This document shows, piece by piece, positions 19,657 through 29,933 of a DNA stretch of 64,000 nt. Below the pieces are notes generated by a model that saw only the letters and a list, made by a program, of their open reading frames with translations, did no database searches and had not been told where the DNA came from. Source of the stretch: Alphaproteobacteria bacterium (lineage in GTDB: Bacteria > Pseudomonadota > Alphaproteobacteria > UBA828); contig CAXXVO010000004.1 in the NCBI GenBank assembly GCA_963422645.2, positions 480,001 to 544,000 on the forward strand, in the 5' to 3' direction. Made by a program: the position numbers and the translations under genes. Position 1 is the first letter of the stretch; the number at the start of each line of letters is the position of its first letter.

Positions 19657-20517
19657 ATGCCCGGACCACGCATTCGCCCCCGCCGCTCGTTCATCTTCAC
19701 GCCGGGCCTGCGGCCCGAGATGTTTCCGAAGGCGCTCGCGTGCGGCACGGATATCGTCTGCGTCGAGCTCGAGGACGGGATCGCGCCCAAGGACAAGGCG
19801 GCCGCACGCGCCAATGCGATCAAGCTCTTCGAGAGCCCGCAGGCCGATGACGGGGTCGAGCGGATCGTCCGGATCAACTCGTTGCGCGAGGGCTTCGGCA
19901 TAGCCGACGTGCAGGCGGTGCTCGCCACCGACACGCCGCCGCCCGCGCTGATGATGCCCAAGGTGCGCACGCCGGACGAGGTGGTGTTGCTCGACAACCT
20001 GCTGAGCGAGCGCGGCCACGACACCCGCCTGCACGTCATCATCGAGACCAATGCCGCGCTCGAAGCGGCCTACGACATCGCCCACAGCAGCCCGCGCATC
20101 GACGCGATGTTCTTCGGCGGAGTCGACATGGCCGCCGAGCTGCGCTGCCAGAACGCTTGGGAGCCGCTGCTCTACGCCCGCTCGCGCGTGGTCAATGCCG
20201 CCGCCAGCGCAGGCCTGGACGTGATCGACGTGCCCTACCTCGATCTCGAGGATCCCGAGGGCATGACGCGCGCCGCCATGCAGGCGAGGGACCTGGGCTT
20301 TTGCGGCAAGGGCGCGGTTCACCCCAAGCAGATCGCCCCGCTCAACGAGGTGTTCACGCCCTCGCCGGAGCGGATTGCCCGTGCGCGGCGCATTATCGCC
20401 GAGTTCGAGGCGGCCGATACCGGACTGGTGGTGATCGACGGCAAGCTGATCGAGAAGCCGGTCCTGCGGGAAATGCACCGGATCGTGGCCATCGCCGATC
20501 GCATCGGCACCGCTTAG
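19657..20517 (+). CDS. CitE/HpcH-family CoA-ester lyase
   Basis: RRSFIFTPG, ELEDG, IIET, GKGAVHPKQI. Confidence 0.87.
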   Translation: MPGPRIRPRRSFIFTPGLRPEMFPKALACGTDIVCVELEDGIAPKDKAAARANAIKLFESPQADDGVERIVRINSLREGFGIADVQAVLATDTPPPALMMPKVRTPDEVVLLDNLLSERGHDTRLHVIIETNAALEAAYDIAHSSPRIDAMFFGGVDMAAELRCQNAWEPLLYARSRVVNAAASAGLDVIDVPYLDLEDPEGMTRAAMQARDLGFCGKGAVHPKQIAPLNEVFTPSPERIARARRIIAEFEAADTGLVVIDGKLIEKPVLREMHRIVAIADRIGTA

Positions 20518-20598
20518 GGGAGGCCACGAAGAGCGTTGTCGAGTCGATACTCGAACTCCAACGCGGCCCAGGGGGCGGCAACGGTCGGGGAGCATGGA

Positions 20599-22623
20599 TT
20601 GAGCAACAGAATAGCCATCGACATTCATGAGCGGAGGGCCTTCGCCGATGGTCACGCATTCGACGAAGCCTGCGCTTACGAGCGGCTGACCGGGCAGGCG
20701 CGCTTTGCCGTCGATCCCGATGCGCCTGCGCAGGCAGGCATCGTCGATATGGGCAAGGCGCCGCGCAATCGGGAGGGCCTGGTGGAGTTCGCGGCCGACC
20801 TCTGCATCCTGCAACCGGGCGATCCGGCCCGCGGCAACAGGCGGCTCTTCTTCGACTACGGCAACCGCGGCAACAAGCGGGCGGTGCAGTATTTTTGCGA
20901 CGCGCCGGCCTGCAACGACCCTGCGACGCTGGAGCACGCCGGCAACGGCTATCTCTTCCGCCGCGGCTACACGGTGGTCTGGGGCGCCTGGCAAGGAGAC
21001 CTTCTACCGGGCGACGGCCGCATGGTCTTGACCCTGCCCGTCGCCACCGACGGCGCCGCGCCCCTTACCGGCTCGGTGCGAACCGAGTTCATCGTCGCCC
21101 AGGAAGGCCAGACCACCCTGCCGCTCAGCGGCTGGGTCTCCACCCGCAGCCACCCGGCGGTCTCGCGCGACCCGTCGAAGGCAGGGCTGACGCGGCGCCG
21201 CTATCCCGATGACGAGCGCATCGAGATCGCGCCGGAGGCCTGGCAGTTCGCGCGGGTCGAGACCGGCGTGGGCCTCGACTTTCAGGGCGCCGAGCACGCG
21301 ATCGTCGAGTGCGACACCCACATCTACATGCCGGGCGGCTTCGAGCCCGGCTGGATCTATGAGCTCGTTTACGAGGGCCGCGATCCGCTGGTTCTGGGCC
21401 TCGGCCACGTGGCGGTGCGCGACCTCGTGAGCTTCCTGAAGTACGAGGAGGCCGACAGCGAAGGGGGCGCCAATCCGGTGGCGGGCGCCGGGCCGATGGA
21501 GAGGGCCTATGCCTTCGGCCGCTCGCAGACGGGACGCTGCATCCGCGATGCAATCTGGCGCGGCTTCAACGCCGATTTGGCCGGACGAAAGGTGTTCGAC
21601 GGCGTGCTGGCGCACGTCGCCGGCTGCGGGCGCATGTGGATGAACCACCGCTTCGCCAACGTTGTCGTGCCGGCGGGGCAGCAGTACGAGGACCATGACA
21701 ACGCCGCCGACAGCTTCCCCTTCTCCTACGCGGCGTGCCGGGATCACCTGACCGGCAAGTCGGACGCGATTTGCAAGCACCCCGAGACCGACCCGCTGAT
21801 ATTCCACACGCAAACCGCCACGGAATACTGGCAGCGGCGCGGCTCGCTCGTGCATACCGATACCGAGGGCAACGATCTGGAGCAGCCCGAGAACGTGCGG
21901 ATCTACTTCTGGTCGAGCGCGCCGCATGTCGCCGATCCCAACCAGGGCGCGCCCACGCGCGGCCTCTGCCAGAACTTGAGCAACGTGGTCCAGACCTCGA
22001 TGCTCTTCCGCGCGCTGCTCGATGCGATGGACCGCTGGGCGAGTGACGGCATCGCACCGCCGGCGAGCCGGATCCCCAGGCGGGGCGACGGCAGCCTTGT
22101 CGGCATGGACGAATGGCGCGCGCAGTTCCCCGCCATCCCCGGGATCGCCACCCCGCACGGGCCCAACGCGCTGCCGCTCCTCGACTTCGGGCCAAAGGCG
22201 GAGGACGGCATTCAGAGCAGGCTGCCGCCCCATGTCGTCGATCCCGAGGGCTACACCGTGCTGGTGCCGGCGGTCGATGCCGACGGCAACGACGCCGCCG
22301 GGGTGCGGGTGCCGATGGTCCAGGCGCTGCTCGCCACCTACACCGGCTGGAACCTGCGGGGCAGGGGCCACGGCGAGGGCGCCATGCACGAGTTTACCGG
22401 CAGCACGATTCCCTTGCCCGAGACAGACTCGATACGCGCCGCCACCGGCGACCCGCGGCCATCGATCGAAGAGCGCTACGGCGATTCGGAAGGCTATGTC
22501 GCCGCGATGGTCGAGGCGGCGAAGCACTTGGTCGCCGAAGGCCTGATGCTGGAGGAGGACGTTGCCCGTATCGAAGAGCGCGCCAGCAACTGGAGCCGGC
22601 CGCTGCACGACGTGCGACTGTAG
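20599..22623 (+). CDS. Alpha/beta-hydrolase domain protein
   Basis: NRGNK, GRSQTG nucleophile elbow, EYWQRRGSL, DADGN, DPRPSIEERY. Confidence 0.75.
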   Translation: MSNRIAIDIHERRAFADGHAFDEACAYERLTGQARFAVDPDAPAQAGIVDMGKAPRNREGLVEFAADLCILQPGDPARGNRRLFFDYGNRGNKRAVQYFCDAPACNDPATLEHAGNGYLFRRGYTVVWGAWQGDLLPGDGRMVLTLPVATDGAAPLTGSVRTEFIVAQEGQTTLPLSGWVSTRSHPAVSRDPSKAGLTRRRYPDDERIEIAPEAWQFARVETGVGLDFQGAEHAIVECDTHIYMPGGFEPGWIYELVYEGRDPLVLGLGHVAVRDLVSFLKYEEADSEGGANPVAGAGPMERAYAFGRSQTGRCIRDAIWRGFNADLAGRKVFDGVLAHVAGCGRMWMNHRFANVVVPAGQQYEDHDNAADSFPFSYAACRDHLTGKSDAICKHPETDPLIFHTQTATEYWQRRGSLVHTDTEGNDLEQPENVRIYFWSSAPHVADPNQGAPTRGLCQNLSNVVQTSMLFRALLDAMDRWASDGIAPPASRIPRRGDGSLVGMDEWRAQFPAIPGIATPHGPNALPLLDFGPKAEDGIQSRLPPHVVDPEGYTVLVPAVDADGNDAAGVRVPMVQALLATYTGWNLRGRGHGEGAMHEFTGSTIPLPETDSIRAATGDPRPSIEERYGDSEGYVAAMVEAAKHLVAEGLMLEEDVARIEERASNWSRPLHDVRL

Positions 22624-22649
22624 GCAGCATCGTTCACCATGGGCGCGTC

Positions 22650-23114
22650 ATGGCGATCTGCGAACTGAGCGAGTTGAAGGGCCTGCTGGCGGCGGATGCG
22701 CGCCTGATGGGACTCGATCTCGGCACCAAGACCATCGGCGTCGCGGTCTCCGACCTGAGCCGCACGATCGCGACGGCACGGACGACGCTCAGGCGAACCA
22801 AGCTCTCGCGCGACATCGAGACCCTGCGTGCGCTGATCGCTGCCGAGGGAATTGGCGGCATTGTCGTGGGTCTTCCGGTCAACATGGACGGCAGCGAAGG
22901 CCCGAGCGCGCAGTCCGCCCGCGATACGGCGGCGAATCTGGCCAAGGCGCTGGCGCTGCCGGTGGCCCTCTGGGACGAGCGCTGGTCCACGGTCGCCGCC
23001 GAGCGCGCGATGCTGGACGCCGACCTCTCGCGCCGGAAGCGAGCGCGCAAGGTCGATCAGGTGGCGGCGGCCTACATCCTGCAGGGCGCGCTCGACCGGC
23101 TCCGAGCGCGGTAG
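22650..23114 (+). CDS. ruvX: YqgF/RuvX pre-16S rRNA nuclease
   Basis: GLDLGTKTIGVAVSD, GLPVNMDG, WDERWST, DQVAAAYILQG. Confidence 0.93.
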   Translation: MAICELSELKGLLAADARLMGLDLGTKTIGVAVSDLSRTIATARTTLRRTKLSRDIETLRALIAAEGIGGIVVGLPVNMDGSEGPSAQSARDTAANLAKALALPVALWDERWSTVAAERAMLDADLSRRKRARKVDQVAAAYILQGALDRLRAR

Positions 23115-23367
23115 CAGCAAGCCCGGAATTCCTCCCCGCACGATGGTCCGGCGCACATCGCGCAGCGGGTGCGTCAGTATCGCGTCATGCACCGCAGCCG
23201 CCCCCACTTCGGACTTGCACTTGTCCCGCTTGCCGCACTCATCCCGCTTAATCCCGGAGAATGCCGCACTAAATTTGTCGTGTCCGTCCCACGCGGTGCG
23301 TGCCTGCGCACGTGGCCGAGCGGCGCGAAGGGAGGGACTCAAGAGTGACCATGGCGAGAAATGCGGG

Positions 23368-24309
23368 CTAGCGGAACTCGCGGATTGCGCCGCGCTGCAC
23401 CGCCAGGCTTGCCGCGAGGACGATGGCGAGGCCGGGCACGGTCATCAGCGGCGGCGCGGGCTTGCCCAGGGCAAGGTCGAGAAGGAGAACGATGGCAGGC
23501 AGCGTGTAGCCATAGGCCTGCACCCGGGTCGGGCCGAGGCGGAGCGTCGTGTACTGGGTCAGGAAGAATGTGACGACGGTCGACAGGACCGCGAGGTAGA
23601 CGATGCCGCCCAGCACCACGACCTCGACTCCCGACCAGTCGGTGCGCCAGAGCTTGACGTTGCTCGCCGCCAGCAGCCAGAGCCCCGCCGCCACCAGGGT
23701 CCAGAAGGTCTGTACCAGGATCGGCTCGCCCCGATGCAGGCGCTTGATGAGCGAGCCGTAGACGGCGTAGCCGAAACAGCCGGCGAGGAAGATCCCGTCG
23801 CCGATGTTGACCTCGAGATTGACGAGGCGGGCGGGATCGCCCCGGAAGATCACCCAGATTGCGCCGATCATGCCGAGGAAAAGCGCGGCCAGGCGATGCA
23901 GGCCGAGCCGCTCGCCCACCAGCACCGCGCCGAAGAGCGCAGAGAGCCCCGGCACGATGGTGAAGATTGCGCTGGTGTTGAGGCCGCTGGTGTAGCGCAG
24001 CGCCTCGAACATGCACCAGAAGAAGAAGGCGAGCGGCGCGCCGAGGGCGAGATAGCGCAAGCACGATCGCGGCGTCGGCAGGGCCAGCCCTTCGCGCCAC
24101 GCCACGACCGGCGCCATCAGCAGCGCCGCGAGCACGAAGCGGATGCACATCATCACCGCCGGGTCGAGGCCATGGGTGATGTGCTCGCCGAGAGGAAACG
24201 ACGTGGAGATGATGACGATGATCAGGAAGGCGAGGGCGTGCGCATGCAGCTGGCCCGTGCGCGTGGGCTCGTCGGGCTGCGGCGTCGCCTGAGGCGTGTC
24301 CTGTCCCAT
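23368..24309 (-). CDS. DMT (EamA) family transporter
   Basis: About 10 hydrophobic segments with two EamA-like repeats. Confidence 0.85.
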   Translation of the reverse strand: MGQDTPQATPQPDEPTRTGQLHAHALAFLIIVIISTSFPLGEHITHGLDPAVMMCIRFVLAALLMAPVVAWREGLALPTPRSCLRYLALGAPLAFFFWCMFEALRYTSGLNTSAIFTIVPGLSALFGAVLVGERLGLHRLAALFLGMIGAIWVIFRGDPARLVNLEVNIGDGIFLAGCFGYAVYGSLIKRLHRGEPILVQTFWTLVAAGLWLLAASNVKLWRTDWSGVEVVVLGGIVYLAVLSTVVTFFLTQYTTLRLGPTRVQAYGYTLPAIVLLLDLALGKPAPPLMTVPGLAIVLAASLAVQRGAIREFR

Positions 24310-24397
24310 GCCTCACACTACCGCCTGCACGACGGTGGGAAACAGCCCCCGCTCCGGCAGAGCGGGCCGTCAGGCGCTCGCGCGCTCTCGGAGCGCG

Positions 24398-26479
24398 TCA
24401 TGCATTTGTGCGCTCTCGGAGTGCGACGATTGCGCCGAGGACGACGAGGCCGTAGATGATGTTGCGCACGGCCTCGGGCAGGACCGTGCCGGAGAGCATG
24501 ATGCCGAGGCCGGTGAAGAGGATTGCGCCGCCCAGGATGCCGAGATAGTGACCGCGGCCGCCGGTGATGAGGGTGCCGCCGAGCACCACCACGGCGATGG
24601 ACGAGAGCAGGTAGGGGTCGCCCATGCCGTAGAACGCCTGGGCGCTGAAGCCTGCGAGGAAGACGCCCACCAACGCCGAGCAGAAGCCGCTCAGCACGTA
24701 GGCGCCGACGATGGGGAAGCCGATCCGCACGCCCGAGAGGCGGCTGACGCGCTGGCTGTTGCCGACCGCGAAGATGCGCCGTCCCGGCGCGCTCCTGTTC
24801 AGGTAAAGCGTCGCGACGACGACGAAGGCGATCAGGAACCAGCCGATCGGCGCGATGCCGCCGATGCGCCCGGTCACGAACCAGGCCAGCGAGGGCGGCG
24901 CCTTGCCGATGGGTGCGCCCGAGCTGAAGAGCAGCGACACGCCCTCCAGGATCCCGTTCATGGCCAGCGTCACGATGATCGGCGAGAGCCCGAAGAGGAC
25001 GATGGTCATACCGTTAAGGAAGCCGATGGCGATCCCGATCCCGAGCGCCGCCGGGATCACCCACGCTGCCGGCGCATCGACGCCGTTGCAGAGCGTGGTG
25101 ACCACGATCGCCGGGAAGGTCATGGTCCATGGCACCGAGAGGTCGAGCCCGCCGGTGATGATGACCGTGCCCTGGCCGAGGCCGAGGATCGCAAGGAAGG
25201 CGGTCAGGATCAGCATGGCGTTGAGGTAGGCCAGCGGCGAGAAGTCGCCGCCGAAGATGCCGATCGTGATTCCCAGGATGACGAGGTAGATGAGGTAGGC
25301 CGGCACGGCGAAGCGCAGCACCGCCCGGTGCCGGTCAAGCCAGGGGACGGTTGCCGCGCCGGCGCCACCCGCCGGCGGGTCCAACCCACTCAGGCGGATC
25401 GGCTCGCCCACGACCCGCAGCCTGGAGGGGAGCGATGACTCCTTGAGCGCGCGCAGCGTCGCTCGCCAGAAGCGCGTGATCTCCACCACCGGCGAATCGC
25501 GGCCGAGGGAGAAGCCGAGCACGGCAATGAGCAGGATCACGCCCTCGACGATCGGCGTGTAATAGGTGCGCACGCCGAGCACGAGGAAGATGTTGACCAC
25601 GACGGTGAGCGTCAACGCGCCGAAGATCGTGCCGACGGCGCCGCCCCGGCCGCCGCCGATGAGCGTGCCGCCGATTACCACGGCGGCGAAGATCTGCAGC
25701 AGCATCTTGGCGCCGATCAGCGGGTCGCCGCCGCCCATGTTGGCGGTGATGAAGAGCCCGGCGGCGCCGTAGCACATGCCGGCGAAGGTGAAGGTGAGGA
25801 AGCGGGTGCGGCGGACGTCGACCCCGTTGGCCTCGGCCGATCCCGCATCGCTGCCGATGGCGTAGATGCCGGTGCCGATCCGCGTGTTCTTGAGCATGAG
25901 CCAGAACAGGATGGCGACCGCAAGGACGACGACCGGGGCCGGCAGCCCCTCGGTGATGACGTCGCCGGTGAAGACCAGGCTGAAGTCCCACGGCATCTCG
26001 CCGCCGGGGAACTTGAGCACGAGCAGGGCCGCGCCCTGGGCGATGAACATGGTGGCGAGCGTCACCACGATCGACTGCAGGCGGACGTAGGCGACGAGGA
26101 AGCCGTTGACCGCGCCGATGGCGGCACCCAGGCCAAGCGCGATGACGAGGGCAACCAGGGTGAAGAGGCCGGTTCCCATATCGGCGGCGCCGCTGAGCTG
26201 GGTGACCAGAACCACGTTAACCAGCGAGATGACGGCGCCGGCCGAGAGGTCGAGCCCGCCGGCGAGGATGACGATGGTCTCGCCCAGGGCGGCGAGCGCG
26301 AGGGTCGCGGCGCTCGCGCTGATGCTACTGATGTCGAAATAGGCGATGCCCTGGCCGGTGATGAGCTGCAGCGCGATCATCGTGGCGGCGAACACGGCGA
26401 TGGCGATGATCGTGCCGCGCTGGCGCGACCAGCTGAAGGGCGGCAGGTAGGGTGCGCGTAGCGCGCCGAGCGGCGTCAT
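24398..26479 (-). CDS. Fused double RbsC-type sugar ABC permease
   Basis: Two GGLDLS ... AVVxGGTLIxGGRG permease domains in one 693-aa ORF. Confidence 0.87.
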   Translation of the reverse strand: MTPLGALRAPYLPPFSWSRQRGTIIAIAVFAATMIALQLITGQGIAYFDISSISASAATLALAALGETIVILAGGLDLSAGAVISLVNVVLVTQLSGAADMGTGLFTLVALVIALGLGAAIGAVNGFLVAYVRLQSIVVTLATMFIAQGAALLVLKFPGGEMPWDFSLVFTGDVITEGLPAPVVVLAVAILFWLMLKNTRIGTGIYAIGSDAGSAEANGVDVRRTRFLTFTFAGMCYGAAGLFITANMGGGDPLIGAKMLLQIFAAVVIGGTLIGGGRGGAVGTIFGALTLTVVVNIFLVLGVRTYYTPIVEGVILLIAVLGFSLGRDSPVVEITRFWRATLRALKESSLPSRLRVVGEPIRLSGLDPPAGGAGAATVPWLDRHRAVLRFAVPAYLIYLVILGITIGIFGGDFSPLAYLNAMLILTAFLAILGLGQGTVIITGGLDLSVPWTMTFPAIVVTTLCNGVDAPAAWVIPAALGIGIAIGFLNGMTIVLFGLSPIIVTLAMNGILEGVSLLFSSGAPIGKAPPSLAWFVTGRIGGIAPIGWFLIAFVVVATLYLNRSAPGRRIFAVGNSQRVSRLSGVRIGFPIVGAYVLSGFCSALVGVFLAGFSAQAFYGMGDPYLLSSIAVVVLGGTLITGGRGHYLGILGGAILFTGLGIMLSGTVLPEAVRNIIYGLVVLGAIVALRERTNA

Positions 26480-27999
26480 CGGGAGCCCTCGCCGAGCGCC
26501 GCGCGCATGATGCTGGCCTCGGTGATCTCGGCCCCGCTGAGCGAGGCCGCCTTGCGGCCGCGGTAGATCACCATCACGGAGTCACAGAGGTTCACGAGCT
26601 CCGGCACGTCGGTGGAGTAGTAGAGCACCGCCCCGCCGGCGTCCGCGTATGCCCGCACGAGGGCGTAGATCTCGGCCTTGGTGCCGACATCGACCCCGCG
26701 CGTCGGGTCGTACATGAGCAGCACGCGGCTCTCGGCGAGCAGCCACTTGGCGATGGCGATCTTCTGCTGGTTGCCGCCGCTGAAGACGTTGCAGGCGCTA
26801 TAGAGCGCCCGCCGGTCGACCTGCACCATGTCGAGCGCCCGGCCCACCGCCTGCGCTTCCTGCTCCAGGTCCACGAGGCCGAAGCGCACGCAGCGCTCGA
26901 TGATCGGAAGCGAGATGTTCTCCCGCCCCGTCAGCGCGAGGAAGAGCGCCTCGGTCTTGCGGTCCTCCGGCACGAAGCTGATGCCGATGCGGCTGTTCAC
27001 GGCGTCCTTCGGTGTCCGCAGGGTCACCCGCTGGCCGCCGATCCGGATGTCGCCCGCACTGAGCCCGACCATGCCGAAGAGCGCGAGGAAGAGGTCGCGC
27101 TGGCCCATGCCTTCCAGCCCGCCGACGCCCAGTATCTCGCCGGGCCAGAGGTCGAAGGAGAAGTCCTGCACGCCGCCTTCGATGGCCAGTCCATCGCCGG
27201 CCAGAATCGGCGCCTCGCCGCGCTTTGCCAGCTGCGCCGGCTTGGGCGGGAAGGTCGCCGCGAGCGAGCGCCCGATCACCAGCTCGATCATGCGGTCGTC
27301 GGAGATTTCGTCGGACCTGAAGCTCCCCACCATGCGGCCGTTGCGCAGGATCGTCAGGCTGTCGCAGAAGTCGCGCACCTCCGGCATCCGGTGCGAGATG
27401 AAGACGATGGTGGTCCCCTCCGCGCGCAGCCGCTCAAAGAGCGCGCCGAGCCACTGCACGTCGTTGCCGGAGAGGGACGAGGTGGGCTCGTCCAGCAGCA
27501 GCAACTGCGGCTTGCGAGAGACGGCGCGCGCAATCTCGATCTTCTGCTGCGTCGGCAGCGCCAGGGTCCGCACCTCGGCGTGGAGATCGATATCGTCGAG
27601 GCCGAGGTCGGCGAGGGCGCGCCGCACGTGCCGCTCCGACTCGCGCCGCCTGATTTGCCCGCTGGGGCCGGTCGGCTCGTAGGGTAGCAGCATGTTCTGC
27701 ACGACCGTGAGGTCGCCGACCAGCGAGATCTCCTGATAGGCGGTCTGGATGCCGAGCCGGTGAGAATCCTTCGGCGTATGGATGTGTGCGGGGCTGTCGA
27801 AGAGGGCGATCTCGCCGGCATCCGGCCGGCTGAGACCGCTCAGGATCTTGACCAGCGTCGACTTGCCCGCGCCGTTCTCGCCGAGGAGCGCATGGACCTC
27901 GCCGCGCGGAATGGCGAGCGAGACGTCGTCGAGCGCGACGGTCGCGCCGAACGCCTTGCTCAGGCCGCGGGTCTCGACCGCCGGCGCCTGCTCATTCAT
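26476..27999 (-). CDS. RbsA-type double-domain sugar ABC ATPase
   Basis: GENGAGKST, VPEDRK, SGGNQQK, DPTRGVDVG. Confidence 0.92.
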   Translation of the reverse strand: MNEQAPAVETRGLSKAFGATVALDDVSLAIPRGEVHALLGENGAGKSTLVKILSGLSRPDAGEIALFDSPAHIHTPKDSHRLGIQTAYQEISLVGDLTVVQNMLLPYEPTGPSGQIRRRESERHVRRALADLGLDDIDLHAEVRTLALPTQQKIEIARAVSRKPQLLLLDEPTSSLSGNDVQWLGALFERLRAEGTTIVFISHRMPEVRDFCDSLTILRNGRMVGSFRSDEISDDRMIELVIGRSLAATFPPKPAQLAKRGEAPILAGDGLAIEGGVQDFSFDLWPGEILGVGGLEGMGQRDLFLALFGMVGLSAGDIRIGGQRVTLRTPKDAVNSRIGISFVPEDRKTEALFLALTGRENISLPIIERCVRFGLVDLEQEAQAVGRALDMVQVDRRALYSACNVFSGGNQQKIAIAKWLLAESRVLLMYDPTRGVDVGTKAEIYALVRAYADAGGAVLYYSTDVPELVNLCDSVMVIYRGRKAASLSGAEITEASIMRAALGEGSR

Positions 28000-28130
28000 G
28001 GCCGGCTTCTGCGCGCCGCCGCCGGCCGGTCATGCCGGGAGAAGGGGGCGCAGCGGCCAGCGCCGCGCCCCTTACGCCTCCGATCCTGCCGGGACCGGCC
28101 CGACTCAGAGCCGTTGCTCGCCCGTGGGGA

Positions 28131-29258
28131 TCAGCTACCGTCGGGCACCATGCCCTCGAGCGCGGAATAGACGTCCAGCTCGGGCACTTCGGAATGCCAC
28201 ACGTCGATGAAGTAGTTGGAGGGCGCGACGGAGAGCGGCACCGCATTGCAGGACCACTCCTTGGCGGTGAGCTCGGCCTTGTCCGCCGTGTCGCAGAGCT
28301 CCGTCTGCCCCGGCGTGACCAGGGGCATCGGGATCTCGTGGACGCGCGGAATCACGGCGCCGTCGAACTTCGCCATCGCGAGCTTGAAGGCAAAGGGCGC
28401 GGCCCAGGGCGGCGAGCCCATGGAGGCGCTGCGCAGCCCGTAGGCGCCCTCGGTCGTTCCCGGCGCGAGCTGGGCCACGCGGTGACCGTTGGTGCCGTTG
28501 CCCGCGCAGGGCTTGAGCTGATCGCCCCGGCCCTCGTCCACCTGCATCTGGGTGAAGACGTAGCAGCCCGTCTGGGTCCACAGCCCGTCGATCTTGTCCC
28601 AACCGTGGGTCGCCACGATCTCGGTGAGCTTCTGCTTCGCTGTGGCGTTGTTCCACATGCTCGGCGTGTCGGCGATGATCGTGATGTCGGTGAAATCGGC
28701 GAACACCGCCTTGGCCGCGGAATTCCGCCGCAGGTCGACCATGTTGCCGGGGATGCCACCCATGAAGACGATGTTGCCCTTGCCGCCAAGCTCCTCTGCC
28801 AGCCATTCGGCCGGCCCCGCGCCGGCCCAATCCTGATTGATGCCGACGTGATGGGCGCAAGGCTCGGTGACCTGGGCGTCGAAGGTGATGAAGATCACGT
28901 CCCGCCGGCACGCGTTACGGATCGCGCGGTTGAGCGCCGTCGGCGAGATTGCCCACGCGACGATGACTTGCGCACCCGCCTGCACCATCGCGTTGATCTG
29001 CTGGATCTGGGTCTGCGCATTGCCGCGCGCGGACTGGATTTCGATATCCACCCGGTCCTTGTAGTCCATGGTCCCTGCTATCGAGCTCAGCAGGTTGGTG
29101 GACGCATCCATCCAGGTGTTGCCCTCGAAACCCAGGCTCACATAAACCTTGACCTTCTCATCCGCAGTGGCGGACCCCACCGGCGCCAAGCCGCCCGCGA
29201 GAAACGCCAGTGCCGCAGCCCCAAGCGCCGCATTGCGCAAGTATCTTCTCATTTCCAT
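28131..29258 (-). CDS. Sugar ABC substrate-binding protein (RbsB-like)
   Basis: Signal peptide, GNTW, QIQQINAMVQAGA; first gene of the ABC triplet. Confidence 0.85.
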   Translation of the reverse strand: MEMRRYLRNAALGAAALAFLAGGLAPVGSATADEKVKVYVSLGFEGNTWMDASTNLLSSIAGTMDYKDRVDIEIQSARGNAQTQIQQINAMVQAGAQVIVAWAISPTALNRAIRNACRRDVIFITFDAQVTEPCAHHVGINQDWAGAGPAEWLAEELGGKGNIVFMGGIPGNMVDLRRNSAAKAVFADFTDITIIADTPSMWNNATAKQKLTEIVATHGWDKIDGLWTQTGCYVFTQMQVDEGRGDQLKPCAGNGTNGHRVAQLAPGTTEGAYGLRSASMGSPPWAAPFAFKLAMAKFDGAVIPRVHEIPMPLVTPGQTELCDTADKAELTAKEWSCNAVPLSVAPSNYFIDVWHSEVPELDVYSALEGMVPDGS

Positions 29259-29414
29259 AGCCTCCCCTTTGTTCTTGCCGGCCGAACGTCTTTTTCTGGC
29301 CCGTCAGTGGGCGCGCCTGGAATGCCAGCAGCGCCATCTTAGGCGGTGCATTCTCATCGGGACAAGCGGGGGAGGGTGCCGGCCGCGCTGGGCCCGGGAG
29401 TATCGCGGCAGCCG

Positions 29415-29933
29415 TCAGAACGGTTGCGTGAGCATCGGGAAGCTTTGGCCGCAGTTCGTGAGATCGACCCGCTTGAGGCGGATGCGTAGCCGATCGTCTT
29501 CCTGAACGATGGTGTGGGAATAGCGGCCGCCGAAGACGCGCTGCGGGTTGCCGGGGCGATCCTCCACCATCACGAATTTCGAGCGCACGACCCAGCCGCC
29601 CTCCGCAGCCACCTCGGCCAGTCTCACGCCCGAGATCACGCGCACGCAGCTGGACGGTGGGCTCTGGCAGTGAATTCGGGGGTGGTTGAGCCGCTGGACG
29701 CGGACCCGCATCGTGTGTTTGTCGTCGTAGAAGAGCGATACGTGGTCGCGCCAGTTCTCCTGCTCCGGGCTGGCGGGCACCCAGTAGGTTGCGTCCTCGG
29801 TGTAGAGGTCGCACCACTCGTCGAAGCGCCGGTCGTCCAGCAGCTCCGCTTCATGCTCGAGAGAGTGCCGCAGCTCCTCGAGGCGCAGGGTGTTGGACCC
29901 CGCGACGGCGCGGGCGTCGGCGGTGACGCTCAT
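29415..29933 (-). CDS. Ring-hydroxylating oxygenase beta subunit
   Basis: EAELLDDRRFDEW, YWVP, IRLKRVDLTN. Confidence 0.9.
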   Translation of the reverse strand: MSVTADARAVAGSNTLRLEELRHSLEHEAELLDDRRFDEWCDLYTEDATYWVPASPEQENWRDHVSLFYDDKHTMRVRVQRLNHPRIHCQSPPSSCVRVISGVRLAEVAAEGGWVVRSKFVMVEDRPGNPQRVFGGRYSHTIVQEDDRLRIRLKRVDLTNCGQSFPMLTQPF

